Notes: generated by a model from the letters alone, not told the origin. A stretch of 64,000 bases of DNA from Gammaproteobacteria bacterium (GCA_024636785.1 JAGXGK010000053.1:1525-65524); one strand, 5' to 3'. Counted from the stretch's first letter, positions 26,857-36,957 are shown. Numbers and translations are program-made.

Positions 26857-28371
26857 TCAGGAAAAAGTCAGGCTGAAATCAACGTTCTGTAAATAAGCGG
26901 CTTCCTGCTTCAGGTCGGCTCGGGTGAGAGGATGATCCGCGAGCCATTTATCGGGAAACTGAATATCAATAACCCGGTTGCTGACGGTTAGCGTGAATTC
27001 AGGCAAAGCTTCGGTGCTGCGACTGCGATGCAGTAACACCGCCAGCCTTAGCAGCAACGTCCAAAAGATAACCGGCTGTACCCGGTCATCGACCAGACGA
27101 TTGAAATATTCTTTAGAAATTTTACGTCGATGATTGAAAATAAGCGCCGCGAGTACCAACTGCTCCTGATGAGAGAAACCAGCCAGATCAACATGTTCGG
27201 CAATATAGGCACCGTGCTTGTGATACTGGTTGTGGGCGATGTCCAGTCCGATCTCGTGTAACGTCGCCCCCCACTCCAGCCATTGCCGCGTCTCTTCCAC
27301 TTTGAGTTTCCATTCACTGAGCATCTGCTCGGCGCAGGCGATCGCGGTGTGCGCCACCTGCTGCGCCTGAATTTCATCGACGTGGTAACGCCGTGCCAGA
27401 TTGGTGACTGCATGACTGCGTACATCTTCATGACGGGCACGACCGACCAGATCATGAATCAGGCCTTCCCGCAGAGCGCTATCCGATACCTGCATATGTT
27501 TGATGCCCAGCGCCTTGAAGGTAGCCAGCAACACCATCACTCCTCCGATGAAGACCGGTTTGCGCTCAGAGGAAAGCCCCTTGATATTCAGTTGATCAAT
27601 ATGCCCGACCTCCAGCAAATAATCCCGTAACTGTTTTAGCGATGCGAGAGTAATGCCTTCAGCGCTCCATCCGGCCTCGCGCACCACAGTACGAATCGAG
27701 CGGATGCTGCCTGAGGCACCAATGGCTCTTTCCCATCCGCGTTTACGAAAGGAGGCTTCCACCGGCTCAAGCTCAACCCGGGCAGCAATTTCGGCACGCT
27801 TCATTGACTTGCGGGTAATGCAGCCATCGGCAAAAAAGCGCCGGGTGAAAGAGACGCATCCCATGTAAAGACTTTGCAGGTATTCAGGAGTAAAACCGGT
27901 GCCAATAATCAGTTCGGTACTGCCGCCCCCGATATCCACAACCAGACGACGCTGCTCATCGGTACTGATACCATGCGCCACACCCAGATAAATCAGACGC
28001 GCCTCTTCCACGCCGGAAATAATTTCAATAGGATGCCCCAGTGCCTGAGATGCCTTGACGATAAACTGATTATTATCCTTTGCACTACGCAAGGTGTTAG
28101 TGCCTACTATCCGGACATTGTCGGCGGACAGATTGCTCAGACGTTGACCGAAACGTTGCAGACAGGCCAGCGCACGTTCCTGTGTCTCTAACTCGAGATT
28201 GCCCTTTTTATCCAGACCGGCACCCAGCCGTACCATTTCACGAAGGCGATCTTCGACCAGCAATTCTCCCGCCTGGTAGCGACAGACAATCATGTGAAAA
28301 CTGTTAGAGCCAAGATCAATAGCCGCTAAGGTAGTTGTGTCATTGCCTGATGAATTAATGGTTGTTTCCAT
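26857..28371 (-). CDS. ppx: Exopolyphosphatase (Ppx/GppA family)
   Basis: The 504-aa product reads LAAIDLGSNSFHMIV ... DIGGGSTELI. The C-terminal HD-like domain reads LHEIGLDIAHNQYHKHGAYI. Confidence 0.9.
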   Translation of the reverse strand: METTINSSGNDTTTLAAIDLGSNSFHMIVCRYQAGELLVEDRLREMVRLGAGLDKKGNLELETQERALACLQRFGQRLSNLSADNVRIVGTNTLRSAKDNNQFIVKASQALGHPIEIISGVEEARLIYLGVAHGISTDEQRRLVVDIGGGSTELIIGTGFTPEYLQSLYMGCVSFTRRFFADGCITRKSMKRAEIAARVELEPVEASFRKRGWERAIGASGSIRSIRTVVREAGWSAEGITLASLKQLRDYLLEVGHIDQLNIKGLSSERKPVFIGGVMVLLATFKALGIKHMQVSDSALREGLIHDLVGRARHEDVRSHAVTNLARRYHVDEIQAQQVAHTAIACAEQMLSEWKLKVEETRQWLEWGATLHEIGLDIAHNQYHKHGAYIAEHVDLAGFSHQEQLVLAALIFNHRRKISKEYFNRLVDDRVQPVIFWTLLLRLAVLLHRSRSTEALPEFTLTVSNRVIDIQFPDKWLADHPLTRADLKQEAAYLQNVDFSLTFS

Positions 28372-28864
28372 CGGTAGTGTAATAAACCTGCGTTAGCGAT
28401 TAGGCTGAATATTAAACAGTATAAACTTTTGCTGTGGGGTATGGCCACATGAAAATCAATCAGGCGGTTTTGCTCGATAATTGCATTTATCATCATCACA
28501 ACTATCACATAAAAAGGGCCGCATCCTGAGACCCTCTGAAAGTGCAACGACGATGGCGGAAGTGCAGATTAATTTATAGCGTTGAACTCACGAAACTGTG
28601 CGATCATGGCCATCGGCTTTCCTTATTACACTCACTATATGACAGATTTATAACAGAAAACAGTCGTTTTCATCGGGACGGCACTCATTCGAATGAATGA
28701 ACCGATTTTATTATCGGTTTATCAGCAGTCAGTAGCGCGGGTTTAAGTCAGAACTAATATAATTGACACTAATACTGTTGAGCCAGTGTATTTTTTATTA
28801 TGTATATCACTGTCTGCAATAACTTTGTCATTGAAATCACATGTCATTGCTGCTGCATTTTATT

Positions 28865-29128
28865 TTAACGACGCCCTTTATTACTTTTGCTTTCATCTTC
28901 AAAATTTACTTTCAAGGTATTACCTTCAAAAGATTTTCCATCCAGACCTGCAATCGCAGCGCGTGCTTCATGACCTTCCATTTCGATAAACCCAAAACCT
29001 TTGCAGGTGCCTGAAAAAAGATCTTTAACCAACTTGTACGAATGCACCTTACCAAACTTTTCGAATAATTCCAGAAACGACTCCTCAGTAGTACTGGCCG
29101 GCAAACCGCCAACAAATAATCTCTTCAA
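28865..29128 (-). CDS. RNA-binding protein with a single RRM (RNP-1/RNP-2) domain
   Basis: The 87-aa product has RNP-2 LFVGGL and RNP-1 KGFGFIEM. It uses a TTG start preceded by AGGAG at 7 nt. Confidence 0.8.
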   Translation of the reverse strand: MKRLFVGGLPASTTEESFLELFEKFGKVHSYKLVKDLFSGTCKGFGFIEMEGHEARAAIAGLDGKSFEGNTLKVNFEDESKSNKGRR

Positions 29129-29154
29129 CTTAAAACTCCTCTTATTTTAAAAAA

Positions 29155-29185
29155 ATAAACCCCGCAAATTAAGCGGGGTTTATTA
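29155..29185 (-). terminator. Rho-independent terminator after the cold-shock gene
   Basis: On the minus strand the stem AAACCCCGC-TTAATTT-GCGGGGTTT is followed by a T-rich run. Confidence 0.75.
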
Positions 29186-29207
29186 ATAGCATAAATAAAC
29201 AGTACGA

Positions 29208-29408
29208 TTAAATCTGCACATCTACTGCCTGTGGACCTTTAGGTCCGTCTTCTACTTCAAAGTTTACTTGCTGTCCATCCGCGAGAGTACGGAAGCCTTC
29301 GCTCGCGATGGCGGAAAAGTGAACAAAAACATCTTTACTGCCATCGGCGGGGGTAATAAAGCCGAAACCTTTAGATTCATTGAACCATTTAACTGTTCCT
29401 GTAGTCAT
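29208..29408 (-). CDS. Cold-shock protein, CspA family
   Basis: The product reads [34 protein letters not shown].... The internal ATG at 29408 gives the canonical 66-aa length. Confidence 0.95.
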   Translation of the reverse strand: MTTGTVKWFNESKGFGFITPADGSKDVFVHFSAIASEGFRTLADGQQVNFEVEDGPKGPQAVDVQI

Positions 29409-29821
29409 AATCTTTTTTCTCACATTTAAAAATTAAAAAATTTAGTTCGCGCTACAAATACTACATGGCTGTTAACAGAAATAACACTGACAAAAACCAG
29501 AAGAATACGTAAACACTCCTAGTGTAACTGTTTTCATACATAATACCCCCACACTTTATTTGATATAGCAGCTGATGACCAATCGCTACTTTTATGACCA
29601 GAACTATATTCGAACTGCACCATTATTAGCACCTCAATGCATGACTTGTCCTTTTTAACAAAATATCAGGTATAATACCTGCTCAAATCCGGTGCTCTTT
29701 GGTCTGCACCTCTTTTCACCGCGGTAATCTTTCCAGATTCACCCCGAAACAAAATATGTTTCCGCCTAGACCATCCCGAATCGTATGAATTGGGTGGGCT
29801 GATCCCAGAGAAAATTAAAAT

Positions 29822-31114
29822 ATGTCATTTGAATCCCTCGGCCTTAGAGCCGAATTACTCCGTGCTGTATCCGAAAAAGGCTATACCACCCCCTCACCCA
29901 TACAACAGCAAGCCATCCCTCTCATCCTTGAAGGACGGGACATTATGGGCGGCGCGCAAACCGGTACCGGCAAGACCGCCGGTTTTACCCTGCCATTGCT
30001 ACAGCGCCTGATGGCATCTGCCGGCCCTGAAAATAGCCGACGTAATGTTCGTGCGCTGGTACTGACGCCGACGCGTGAGCTGGCGGCACAGGTTGAAGAA
30101 AGTGTTGATGTGTACGGTAAATACCTGCCACTGAAATCGACCGTGGTTTTTGGCGGAGTAAAAATCAATCCGCAAATCCAGAAGCTGCGCAGTGGCGTGG
30201 ATATTCTGGTGGCCACCCCCGGTCGATTACTGGATCACGTCGGTCAAAAAACCGTTGACCTTTCCAACGTCGAGATTCTGGTGCTGGATGAAGCCGATCG
30301 CATGCTCGATATGGGTTTTGTGCGTGATATCCGCAAACTGCTGGCACTGCTGCCCAAACAAAAACAGACATTGCTGTTCTCAGCGACATTTTCCGATGAA
30401 ATTAAAAAGCTTTCCAATGAGCTGCTGAAAACGCCGGCACTGGTGGAAGTAGCACAACGCAACACCACCGCAGAACGCATTACTCAGGTGGTGCATCCGG
30501 TGGATAAAAGCCGCAAACGCGAACTGCTCTCTTTCCTGATCGGCTCGAATAACTGGCAACAGGTGCTGGTATTCGGTCGCACCAAGCACGGCTCCAATCG
30601 CCTGGCTGAACAGCTCAATACCGACGGCATTACCGCCGCTGCGATTCACGGCAACAAGAGTCAGGGTGCGCGCACCAAGGCACTGGCCGATTTCAAAGCC
30701 GGCAAGGTTCGTGTACTAGTGGCCACCGACATTGCTGCACGCGGTCTGGACATTAATCAGCTACCGCACGTAGTTAATTATGAGCTGCCCAACATTCCGG
30801 AAGATTATGTCCACCGTATTGGTCGTACCGGTCGTGCCGGCAACGAAGGCGAAGCCATGTCACTGGTGTGCGTGGATGAGCTGAAACTGCTGAAAGATAT
30901 CGAGCGTCTGTTAAAACGCGACATTCCTAAAGTAATGTTTGATGGCTATGAACCTGATCCTTCGATTAGAGCCGAGCCTATCAACCGCGGTCGTGGCAAC
31001 CAGCAGGGTGCGCGAAAACCCGCACCGCGAAACAAAACGGCATCGTCCTGGAATAGCCAGAACCGATCCGCGCGTAGCGCCAGCACAGGACAGAATCAGC
31101 AGCGGGGACGTTAG
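29822..31114 (+). CDS. rhlE: ATP-dependent DEAD-box RNA helicase RhlE
   Basis: The 430-aa product has the Q motif, [21 protein letters not shown] and [11 protein letters not shown] basic C-terminal tail is present. Confidence 0.9.
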   Translation: MSFESLGLRAELLRAVSEKGYTTPSPIQQQAIPLILEGRDIMGGAQTGTGKTAGFTLPLLQRLMASAGPENSRRNVRALVLTPTRELAAQVEESVDVYGKYLPLKSTVVFGGVKINPQIQKLRSGVDILVATPGRLLDHVGQKTVDLSNVEILVLDEADRMLDMGFVRDIRKLLALLPKQKQTLLFSATFSDEIKKLSNELLKTPALVEVAQRNTTAERITQVVHPVDKSRKRELLSFLIGSNNWQQVLVFGRTKHGSNRLAEQLNTDGITAAAIHGNKSQGARTKALADFKAGKVRVLVATDIAARGLDINQLPHVVNYELPNIPEDYVHRIGRTGRAGNEGEAMSLVCVDELKLLKDIERLLKRDIPKVMFDGYEPDPSIRAEPINRGRGNQQGARKPAPRNKTASSWNSQNRSARSASTGQNQQRGR

Positions 31115-31194
31115 CCGATACTAAACGGGTCTGATTTAGTTCAGAGCTGAGCCTTAGCCATTTGTTATAGTTAAGGCTCAAAGCAATACCGTAG

Positions 31195-31227
31195 AAAGCC
31201 CGTTGATTCTATCTTCGGGCTTTTTTA
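31195..31227 (+). terminator. Rho-independent terminator after rhlE
   Basis: The stem AAGCCCG ... CGGGCTT is followed by TTTTT. Confidence 0.65.
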
Positions 31228-31330
31228 TGGCCTGTAATTTACGTTGCTTACCAGAAAACACAGAGGCCTAGACAGGATTTGGCTATGCTAAGCTGCGCTG
31301 GAGAACAAACACCTTGCAGCAGGCTCCAGC

Positions 31331-31804
31331 GTGAAGAAAATCGCGATTTTTGTTGATGTCCAGAACATCTATTACACCACCCGTGACAGCTTTAGCCGCC
31401 AGTTCGATTACCGCAAGTTCTGGCAGGCAGTGAGCCTCCAGGGTGAGGTCGTAATCGCGATCGCCTATGCCATCGATCGCGGGGACGAACAGCAGCAAAA
31501 GTTTCAGAACGCCCTTAAACACATTGGCTTCATGGTAAAACTCAAACCCTATATCCAGCGCAGCGACGGCTCCGCCAAAGGCGACTGGGACGTCGGCATC
31601 ACCATTGACATTATGGATATTTCGAGGGAGGTAGATACCGTTATATTGTTATCCGGTGACGGTGATTTCGAGCTGCTTTTGAAGAAGATAAAATCCGATT
31701 ACGGAGTCTACACAGAAGTCTACGGTGTACCGGCACTCACTGCCAGGGCGCTGATAGATGCCGCTGGCCATTTTCATGCGATTGACGAAAATCTGCTGCA
31801 ATAA
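31331..31804 (+). CDS. NYN-domain (LabA-like) protein
   Basis: The 157-aa product starts at GTG. It reads KIAIFVDVQNIYY ... GDWDVGITIDIMD ... DTVILLSGDGDFELLL, which is the LabA/NYN acidic-residue pattern. Confidence 0.75.
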   Translation: MKKIAIFVDVQNIYYTTRDSFSRQFDYRKFWQAVSLQGEVVIAIAYAIDRGDEQQQKFQNALKHIGFMVKLKPYIQRSDGSAKGDWDVGITIDIMDISREVDTVILLSGDGDFELLLKKIKSDYGVYTEVYGVPALTARALIDAAGHFHAIDENLLQ

Positions 31805-31808
31805 AGCT

Positions 31809-31971
31809 AGGAGTCTGTCGGGTTTAGGGGGATTGAAGCGAGGGAGTGGGAGAGTGAGCTCACTATTCCCGATTTTGAGGCGCATAGTTATTCTACGCAA
31901 CGAAAAATTGGGGAGATTTGGGCCGCTCTCCCACTTCCGCAGCCAATTCATCCTAAATCCGACAGCCTCCT
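31809..31971. mobile_element. MITE-like element, family A, full-length copy 2 (163 bp)
   Basis: The TIR is AGGAGTCTGTCGGGTTTAGG ... CCTAAATCCGACAGCCTCCT (18/20 match). It begins 5 nt after the NYN gene stop. Confidence 0.8.
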
Positions 31972-32047
31972 GGTGAATTAAATTACGTCCATGCTGTCAA
32001 ATCTCCGCTTATAAGCGCCGAAAAAGAGGGTTAAAAAAGGAGCAGCC

Positions 32048-32206
32048 TGGCAGCCTGTCTGACTTGATGAAAATCTATTGCAAATCCGTGGCCGATCCAT
32101 ATTTCGTCGCTTTTTAGGGCAATAGAATGACTATCACCCTGAAAAATCGTCAAAACCTGTCCTCGCTCAGTCGACAATCGCTTCGATTCTTCAAGTCAGT
32201 CAGGCC
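32048..32206. mobile_element. MITE-like element, family B, copy 2 (inverted relative to copy 1)
   Basis: The ends are TGGCAGCCTGTCTGACTTGA ... TCAAGTCAGTCAGGCCA. The interior matches the reverse complement of 15271-15432. It lies 76 bp from the family A copy. Confidence 0.75.
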
Positions 32207-32363
32207 ACTAGCGCTTTTTCCACTATAATTGAACCGGTTTGAAGCCATGCTAAAAATCTATCTACCCAGAACCTGATCAATCATTTGATCGATGATCGCA
32301 TAAAACAAACTGATTTATAAAATATATTTTCAGACTCCCGGAATAACCACGACGAGATAAGCA

Positions 32364-34766
32364 ATGGTTCAGAAGTACCGCATAACCGCCTGCATTCATT
32401 CAGCTTTTACCACTCTGCTCTTCACGACGCTGATATTGCTTGCCGCACCCTTAGTGGCACACGCCGATGAAATTAATTATGATGAATGGCTGCCTGAAGC
32501 TACGGTCAGCATTAAAAACCTGGGAGACAAAATTAAAAAACCGCTCCCTGACAAAGCTAATATTGATACGCTTTCCAGTGATATAAAAGCGCTAAACCTG
32601 ATCAGGAGCAAAGCGCAGCAATGTATTACTGATGTCGAGGCGCAGCTACTAAAGGTCACCGAAGATCTGGCGACGCTGGGCGAACCTATGGACCGGGAAA
32701 GCCCTGAAGTGATCAATAAACGCAGCAGCTTGATCGCGCAGCAGAAGGCGCTGGACAAACAGCTTTCCAGCTGCAAGTTACTACAGCTGCAAAGCCAGGA
32801 CCTGATCAAGTTTATCAATCAGCTACAGCAAAGCATATTGGCCCGGCAGCTTTCTGCGCGCTCACCTGACATCATTACCGTTGTTGTGGAGAACTTAAAA
32901 GCGCCTGCCGTCGCCTGGCAGGACAGCATTGATTTTTTGCGCGCCCAGCACCAGCTTAAATCACTCAGCCCGGAGCAGTTCCTTGCGCTTATGTTGTTAG
33001 CCGGCAGCAGCATGCTCATGGGCATTTTTCTAAAGCGAAAGCTCGGCACCGTTACCCCGGCGCCAACACAAACTGAAGACAGTGTTTACGGCTTCGGCCT
33101 CGCTGCACGCACCAGTATGGCACGTGCTTTACCCTTATTATTGCCTGTGGCCGCCACCGCCGCCTTTTTTAGTATTACGCTACCGCTGAGTCCACTCCCG
33201 TTCTTAACTAAAACCAGCTACATTCTGGGCATTTATTTCAGCCTGATTATTTTGATCAATATTCTGCTCAGCCCGGCACCACCCGCGCAGACGTACCTTG
33301 CCCACCCGGATGAGCTATCAAGACGTTTTGCCCGAAAACTAAAGGTGCTGCTGACCCTGGTCGTTATCGGTTTCCTTTTATTCACCGGCGAGTTCAGAGC
33401 GGGCATGAGCGAGGCGGTTTATTATTTAAACCGTGGCATCTATAGCATCATCCTCATCATTAATTTGATCTCTCTACTGTGGATGGTACGGCTGTTTTCA
33501 TGGTCGATTCTGTCACCACGTTCACGCCTTTTTCTGAGTCTGCTTCTAGGCGTTACTCTATTGGCCGAACTCGCTGGTTATCGAAACCTCTCTTTCTTCG
33601 TCGTCAGCGGAGTGCTGGCGACCGCATTCAGCCTTGGCATAACACTACTGGTTCATCGCCTCATCAAAGATCTGTGCGATGGTCTTGATGAGGGCAGGCA
33701 TGGCTGGCAAAAGAATCTGCGCCAGCGCGCAGAACTGAAAGAAAACGATCAGTTTCCCGGACTGATTTGGGTACGTATCGTTATCTTTACCGTTTTGTGG
33801 GGCGGCTTCGTCCTGCTGGCATTAAATATATGGCGATTAACCGACCCCTGGCTGGCCGTCATCACCACTTACCTCACCAACGGCTTTCAGATTGGTTCAC
33901 TCACTGTAACGCCAGCCCTGCTGGCCGGTGGAATCCTCGCTTACGCCGTCGTATTAAATCTGACCCGTTACATTAAGGTGCAAATGCTTCCCCACGGCCT
34001 GAAATACACCCGTCTGGATCGGGGTGCGCGTGAAGCCGTGGCCTCTCTGATCGGCTATCTGGGCGTGGGCATTGCCATACTCATTGCACTTTCTGTCGCC
34101 GGTGTGCAGATGCAGAACATTGCAATTATTGCAGGTGCGCTTTCGGTCGGTATTGGTTTTGGTCTGCAAAACATCGTCAACAATTTTGTTTCAGGCCTCA
34201 TCCTTTTATTCGAGCGCCCGGTTCGTCGCGGCGACTGGATTATTACGGGTGATACCGAGGGTTATGTCAAAGCCATCAATATCCGCTCCACCCAAATCGA
34301 AACCTTTGACAGAGCCGATGTAATTGTCCCTAACTCGGAACTCATCACCTCTAAAGTCACCAACTGGATGCTACGGGATCCTTATGGGCGAGTCACTATT
34401 CCGGTAGGCGTTGGTTACGGCTCCGACGTTGAAAAAGTACGTGATGTTTTGTTAAAGATTGCCAACAACCATCCTATGGTGATGAAAGATCATCCACAAC
34501 TCGCAAAGCCAAAAGTACTGTTCCGCAGTTTTGGTGATAGCTCGCTGAATTTTGAATTGCGATTTTTCATTCACAATATTGATGAGAAACTTAATGTCAC
34601 CAGCGATTTTAACTTTGCCATCGTCGAAGCCTTTAGACGTGACGACATAGAAATTCCTTTCCCACAACGCGTGATCACAGTCGCCAACGGGAAAAATACG
34701 GACGATTCAAAAGACAGGGAAGATACAGAAGATGTAAAAGATGAGAGAGAGCCAAAAGATCAGTAA
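32364..34766 (+). CDS. Large mechanosensitive channel, MscK/MscM-like (MscS family with N-terminal periplasmic coiled-coil domain)
   Basis: The 800-aa product has a signal peptide, a coiled-coil region and about 11 TM helices. The MscS core reads IAGALSVGIGFGLQNIVNNFVSGLILLFERPVRRGDWI...NIRSTQIETFDRADVIVPNSELITSKVTNW. Confidence 0.85.
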   Translation: MVQKYRITACIHSAFTTLLFTTLILLAAPLVAHADEINYDEWLPEATVSIKNLGDKIKKPLPDKANIDTLSSDIKALNLIRSKAQQCITDVEAQLLKVTEDLATLGEPMDRESPEVINKRSSLIAQQKALDKQLSSCKLLQLQSQDLIKFINQLQQSILARQLSARSPDIITVVVENLKAPAVAWQDSIDFLRAQHQLKSLSPEQFLALMLLAGSSMLMGIFLKRKLGTVTPAPTQTEDSVYGFGLAARTSMARALPLLLPVAATAAFFSITLPLSPLPFLTKTSYILGIYFSLIILINILLSPAPPAQTYLAHPDELSRRFARKLKVLLTLVVIGFLLFTGEFRAGMSEAVYYLNRGIYSIILIINLISLLWMVRLFSWSILSPRSRLFLSLLLGVTLLAELAGYRNLSFFVVSGVLATAFSLGITLLVHRLIKDLCDGLDEGRHGWQKNLRQRAELKENDQFPGLIWVRIVIFTVLWGGFVLLALNIWRLTDPWLAVITTYLTNGFQIGSLTVTPALLAGGILAYAVVLNLTRYIKVQMLPHGLKYTRLDRGAREAVASLIGYLGVGIAILIALSVAGVQMQNIAIIAGALSVGIGFGLQNIVNNFVSGLILLFERPVRRGDWIITGDTEGYVKAINIRSTQIETFDRADVIVPNSELITSKVTNWMLRDPYGRVTIPVGVGYGSDVEKVRDVLLKIANNHPMVMKDHPQLAKPKVLFRSFGDSSLNFELRFFIHNIDEKLNVTSDFNFAIVEAFRRDDIEIPFPQRVITVANGKNTDDSKDREDTEDVKDEREPKDQ

Positions 34767-34792
34767 CGACGACATGACTTTATTTGCTAACA

Positions 34793-34875
34793 CCCCGACA
34801 GAAACAGGATTTTGCCTTTTTCGCGTCATTCGCGGACAGGGTTTTTGCCCTTATCTGCGTTCATCTGCGGACTAA
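34793..34875. repeat. REP-like repeat, family F
   Basis: The element reads ...GATTTTGCCTTTTTCGCGTCATTCGCGGACAGGGTTTTTGCCCTTATCTGCGTTCATCTGCGGACTAAAA. An inverted relative lies at 51271-51358. Confidence 0.6.
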
Positions 34876-34900
34876 AAATTTTATGTTTATATTAAAACCC

Positions 34901-34930
34901 AAACCGGCCGTTTAAAAAAACGGCCGGTTT
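34901..34930. terminator. Hairpin between the convergent mscK-like gene and the small Cys-rich ORF (possible bidirectional terminator)
   Basis: The stem is AAACCGGCCG-TTTAAAAAAA-CGGCCGGTTT. A/T runs lie on both sides. Confidence 0.55.
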
Positions 34931-34953
34931 AGTATCAAAAAAAACAAAAAATA

Positions 34954-35091
34954 CTATTTCTGTTCTTTATCTGCTGTCTGCTCCTGTGCTTTATTTGACT
35001 CCTGATCCGGAGTCTGCTCCTGAGCCTCATCTTTCACCTGATCATTCGCTTTATCCGCATCCTGACCACCACAACTGCCACAACAACCCAT
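34954..35091 (-). CDS. Unannotated small ORF: 45-aa Cys-rich N-terminus with an acidic repeat tail
   Basis: This is my own translation, below the ORF-track length cut-off: MGCCGSCGGQDADKANDQVKDEAQEQTPDQESNKAQEQTADKEQK*. A GAGGA SD lies 8 nt upstream. The internal duplication is AQEQTPDQESNK / AQEQTADKEQK. A hairpin follows downstream. The ORF is 125 nt downstream of nnrS on the same strand. Confidence 0.45.
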   Translation of the reverse strand: MGCCGSCGGQDADKANDQVKDEAQEQTPDQESNKAQEQTADKEQK

Positions 35092-35215
35092 ATCATTTTC
35101 CTCATTACATGTTCAAATAATTACTTAACTCTAACACTATACCCCGTAAAGATCCATGACCGGTTAAGCTTTGGCCACCTTAAATTCATACAGGAATTGC
35201 AAAAAATCCCGCGAT

Positions 35216-36421
35216 TCAGCCTAAGCCGCCATCGACGCGGTTGCTCACCAGCATCGGCGCATAATAATAAAAATAGATGCCGTAGGCCAGAACCCAGAGC
35301 ACACCAGCAGTGCCAATGCCCCAGCCGCTCAGCTGTGGTAGCCAGGCGGGCAATACAATCCGAACCACTGCGGCGAGAAGAATACAGATAAACGCCAGTG
35401 ATATCAGGCGAGGCGGGGTAAGTCCTCGTCCGGTGTGCCCTAATGTCACCCGCGATATCATCGCCAGAATCATGCCACCAATGGCACCCACGGTGATGCC
35501 GTGCAGTGCTGCGCTGAGATTATCCATCAGGCCGACGCTGTGCAGTGCTATTAGAAGAAAGCCCAGAGGGATAAAAGCATAAGCCAGATGCAGTGACCAC
35601 AACAATGGATCGCTGCCGCTGTGCTGAATACCCCAGCGCAGAAAGCGCCCGCCATTCGCCAGCGCGGCTATAACTGAAATAATCAGCAGCAGGGCTGAGG
35701 GCACATTGGAAAAACCGATAAAGGCCATTATCAGCATCAATATAATGCTCGTGATGCTAACCGTGTCCAGCCATTGGATGGGGCGGGCTCTTTGGCAGCC
35801 GGTGGTATTGGCGGTAAATGCGGCAATGACCCGCCCGCCGACGATGGAAATAATCAGGGCAAACACCATTATTGTGCCATGCAGTGCCTGCGTAGCTAAC
35901 TGCGGCTGCTCGGTGATAACAGCCCAGTGACCGGCCACGTTCAGCAGGGCTAAAACCAGCAGCATTGGCACAAACATTAAATTACGCCATTGCCGGGCTT
36001 TTATCACCGGATAGGCCATGGCGACGACCGCCAGCAGTAGAAAAGTGACATCCCCGATAGCAATCAGGCTGCCGGGTAGCCCTGCGCCAAAGGCCAGCAG
36101 CAGTCGACCCAGCAGCCAGCTTAAGGCCAGTATCGCCAGCGGCTTACCCCTGACCCCGATCACCCCTGTCCAGGTCTGTACCGCAGTCAGTAGAAAACCC
36201 ACCACAATGGCGGCACCGAATCCAAATAGCATTTCATGTCCATGCCACCAGACCGCCCCTCCGTGCGGTGTCCAGGTGAAGGGGTTCAGCCAGAAATAAA
36301 CCCACCAGCTGATGGCTATGATGGAAAACAGTGTGCCACCCAAAAACAGCGGCCGAAAGGCCAGCCGCAACAGCGGCGGAATGGCTAAGGCGACACTTCT
36401 TTTATCAATATTCAATGGCAT
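35216..36421 (-). CDS. nnrS: NnrS-family membrane protein (haem/copper protein linked to the NO response)
   Basis: The product is about 401 aa with 12 TM helices. The N-terminus FRPLFLGGTLFSIIAISWW...WHGHEMLFGFGAAIVVGFLLTAVQTWTG is typical of NnrS. The start is taken at MPLNIDK (36421). Confidence 0.8.
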   Translation of the reverse strand: MPLNIDKRSVALAIPPLLRLAFRPLFLGGTLFSIIAISWWVYFWLNPFTWTPHGGAVWWHGHEMLFGFGAAIVVGFLLTAVQTWTGVIGVRGKPLAILALSWLLGRLLLAFGAGLPGSLIAIGDVTFLLLAVVAMAYPVIKARQWRNLMFVPMLLVLALLNVAGHWAVITEQPQLATQALHGTIMVFALIISIVGGRVIAAFTANTTGCQRARPIQWLDTVSITSIILMLIMAFIGFSNVPSALLLIISVIAALANGGRFLRWGIQHSGSDPLLWSLHLAYAFIPLGFLLIALHSVGLMDNLSAALHGITVGAIGGMILAMISRVTLGHTGRGLTPPRLISLAFICILLAAVVRIVLPAWLPQLSGWGIGTAGVLWVLAYGIYFYYYAPMLVSNRVDGGLG

Positions 36422-36643
36422 GATATAACTCGGCAAAAAAAGCATTATGCAGAGAATGATGCGCTTTAACCGGAGCTAGATCAAACTCGTCTCAATTCAC
36501 ATGCAAAAAATCAGACTATCATGAGACAGAAAAACTCTACATATTGTAAGTATAAAGAGATGTAACAATTGATTTAAAGGCGGGTTTCGGTCAAGATAAA
36601 CAGCTTCTGTCGCCACGACTATTTTCCCCTAAGAGGTTGCGCT

Positions 36644-36892
36644 ATGCCCTACTCTCCCGAACAAATTCAAGAGATGGATGTACTCATTCACTACAACCTG
36701 GAAAGCACGCAACAGGGTATCAAAGTACACCGGAATGCCAACCCCGGCACCATTGAAGCGGTTAAACGCCTGCACCAGAAAGGCATGATTACTCAGGTGG
36801 ACGGCGGTTATCTCACCGACCTTGGACGTACCGCCGCCGAACATGCCCAGACTCTGCTATTGATGCTGTCTCCCTATAGCGAAGCCAGCTGA
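36644..36892 (+). CDS. Small conserved protein, TIGR02647-like putative DNA-binding protein
   Basis: The 82-aa product contains GIKVHRNANPGTIEAVKRLHQKGMITQVDGGYLTDLGRTAAEHAQTLLLML. From memory this resembles a small family common in gammaproteobacteria. Confidence 0.5.
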   Translation: MPYSPEQIQEMDVLIHYNLESTQQGIKVHRNANPGTIEAVKRLHQKGMITQVDGGYLTDLGRTAAEHAQTLLLMLSPYSEAS

Positions 36893-36931
36893 TCAACCTC
36901 ATCTTCAAAAAACCGGCTAAGCGATGCAACA

Positions 36932-36957
36932 AAGCGACCTGAAGGTCGCTTTTTTTG
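36932..36957 (+). terminator. Rho-independent terminator
   Basis: The stem AGCGACC-TGAA-GGTCGCT is followed by TTTTTT. Confidence 0.8.
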
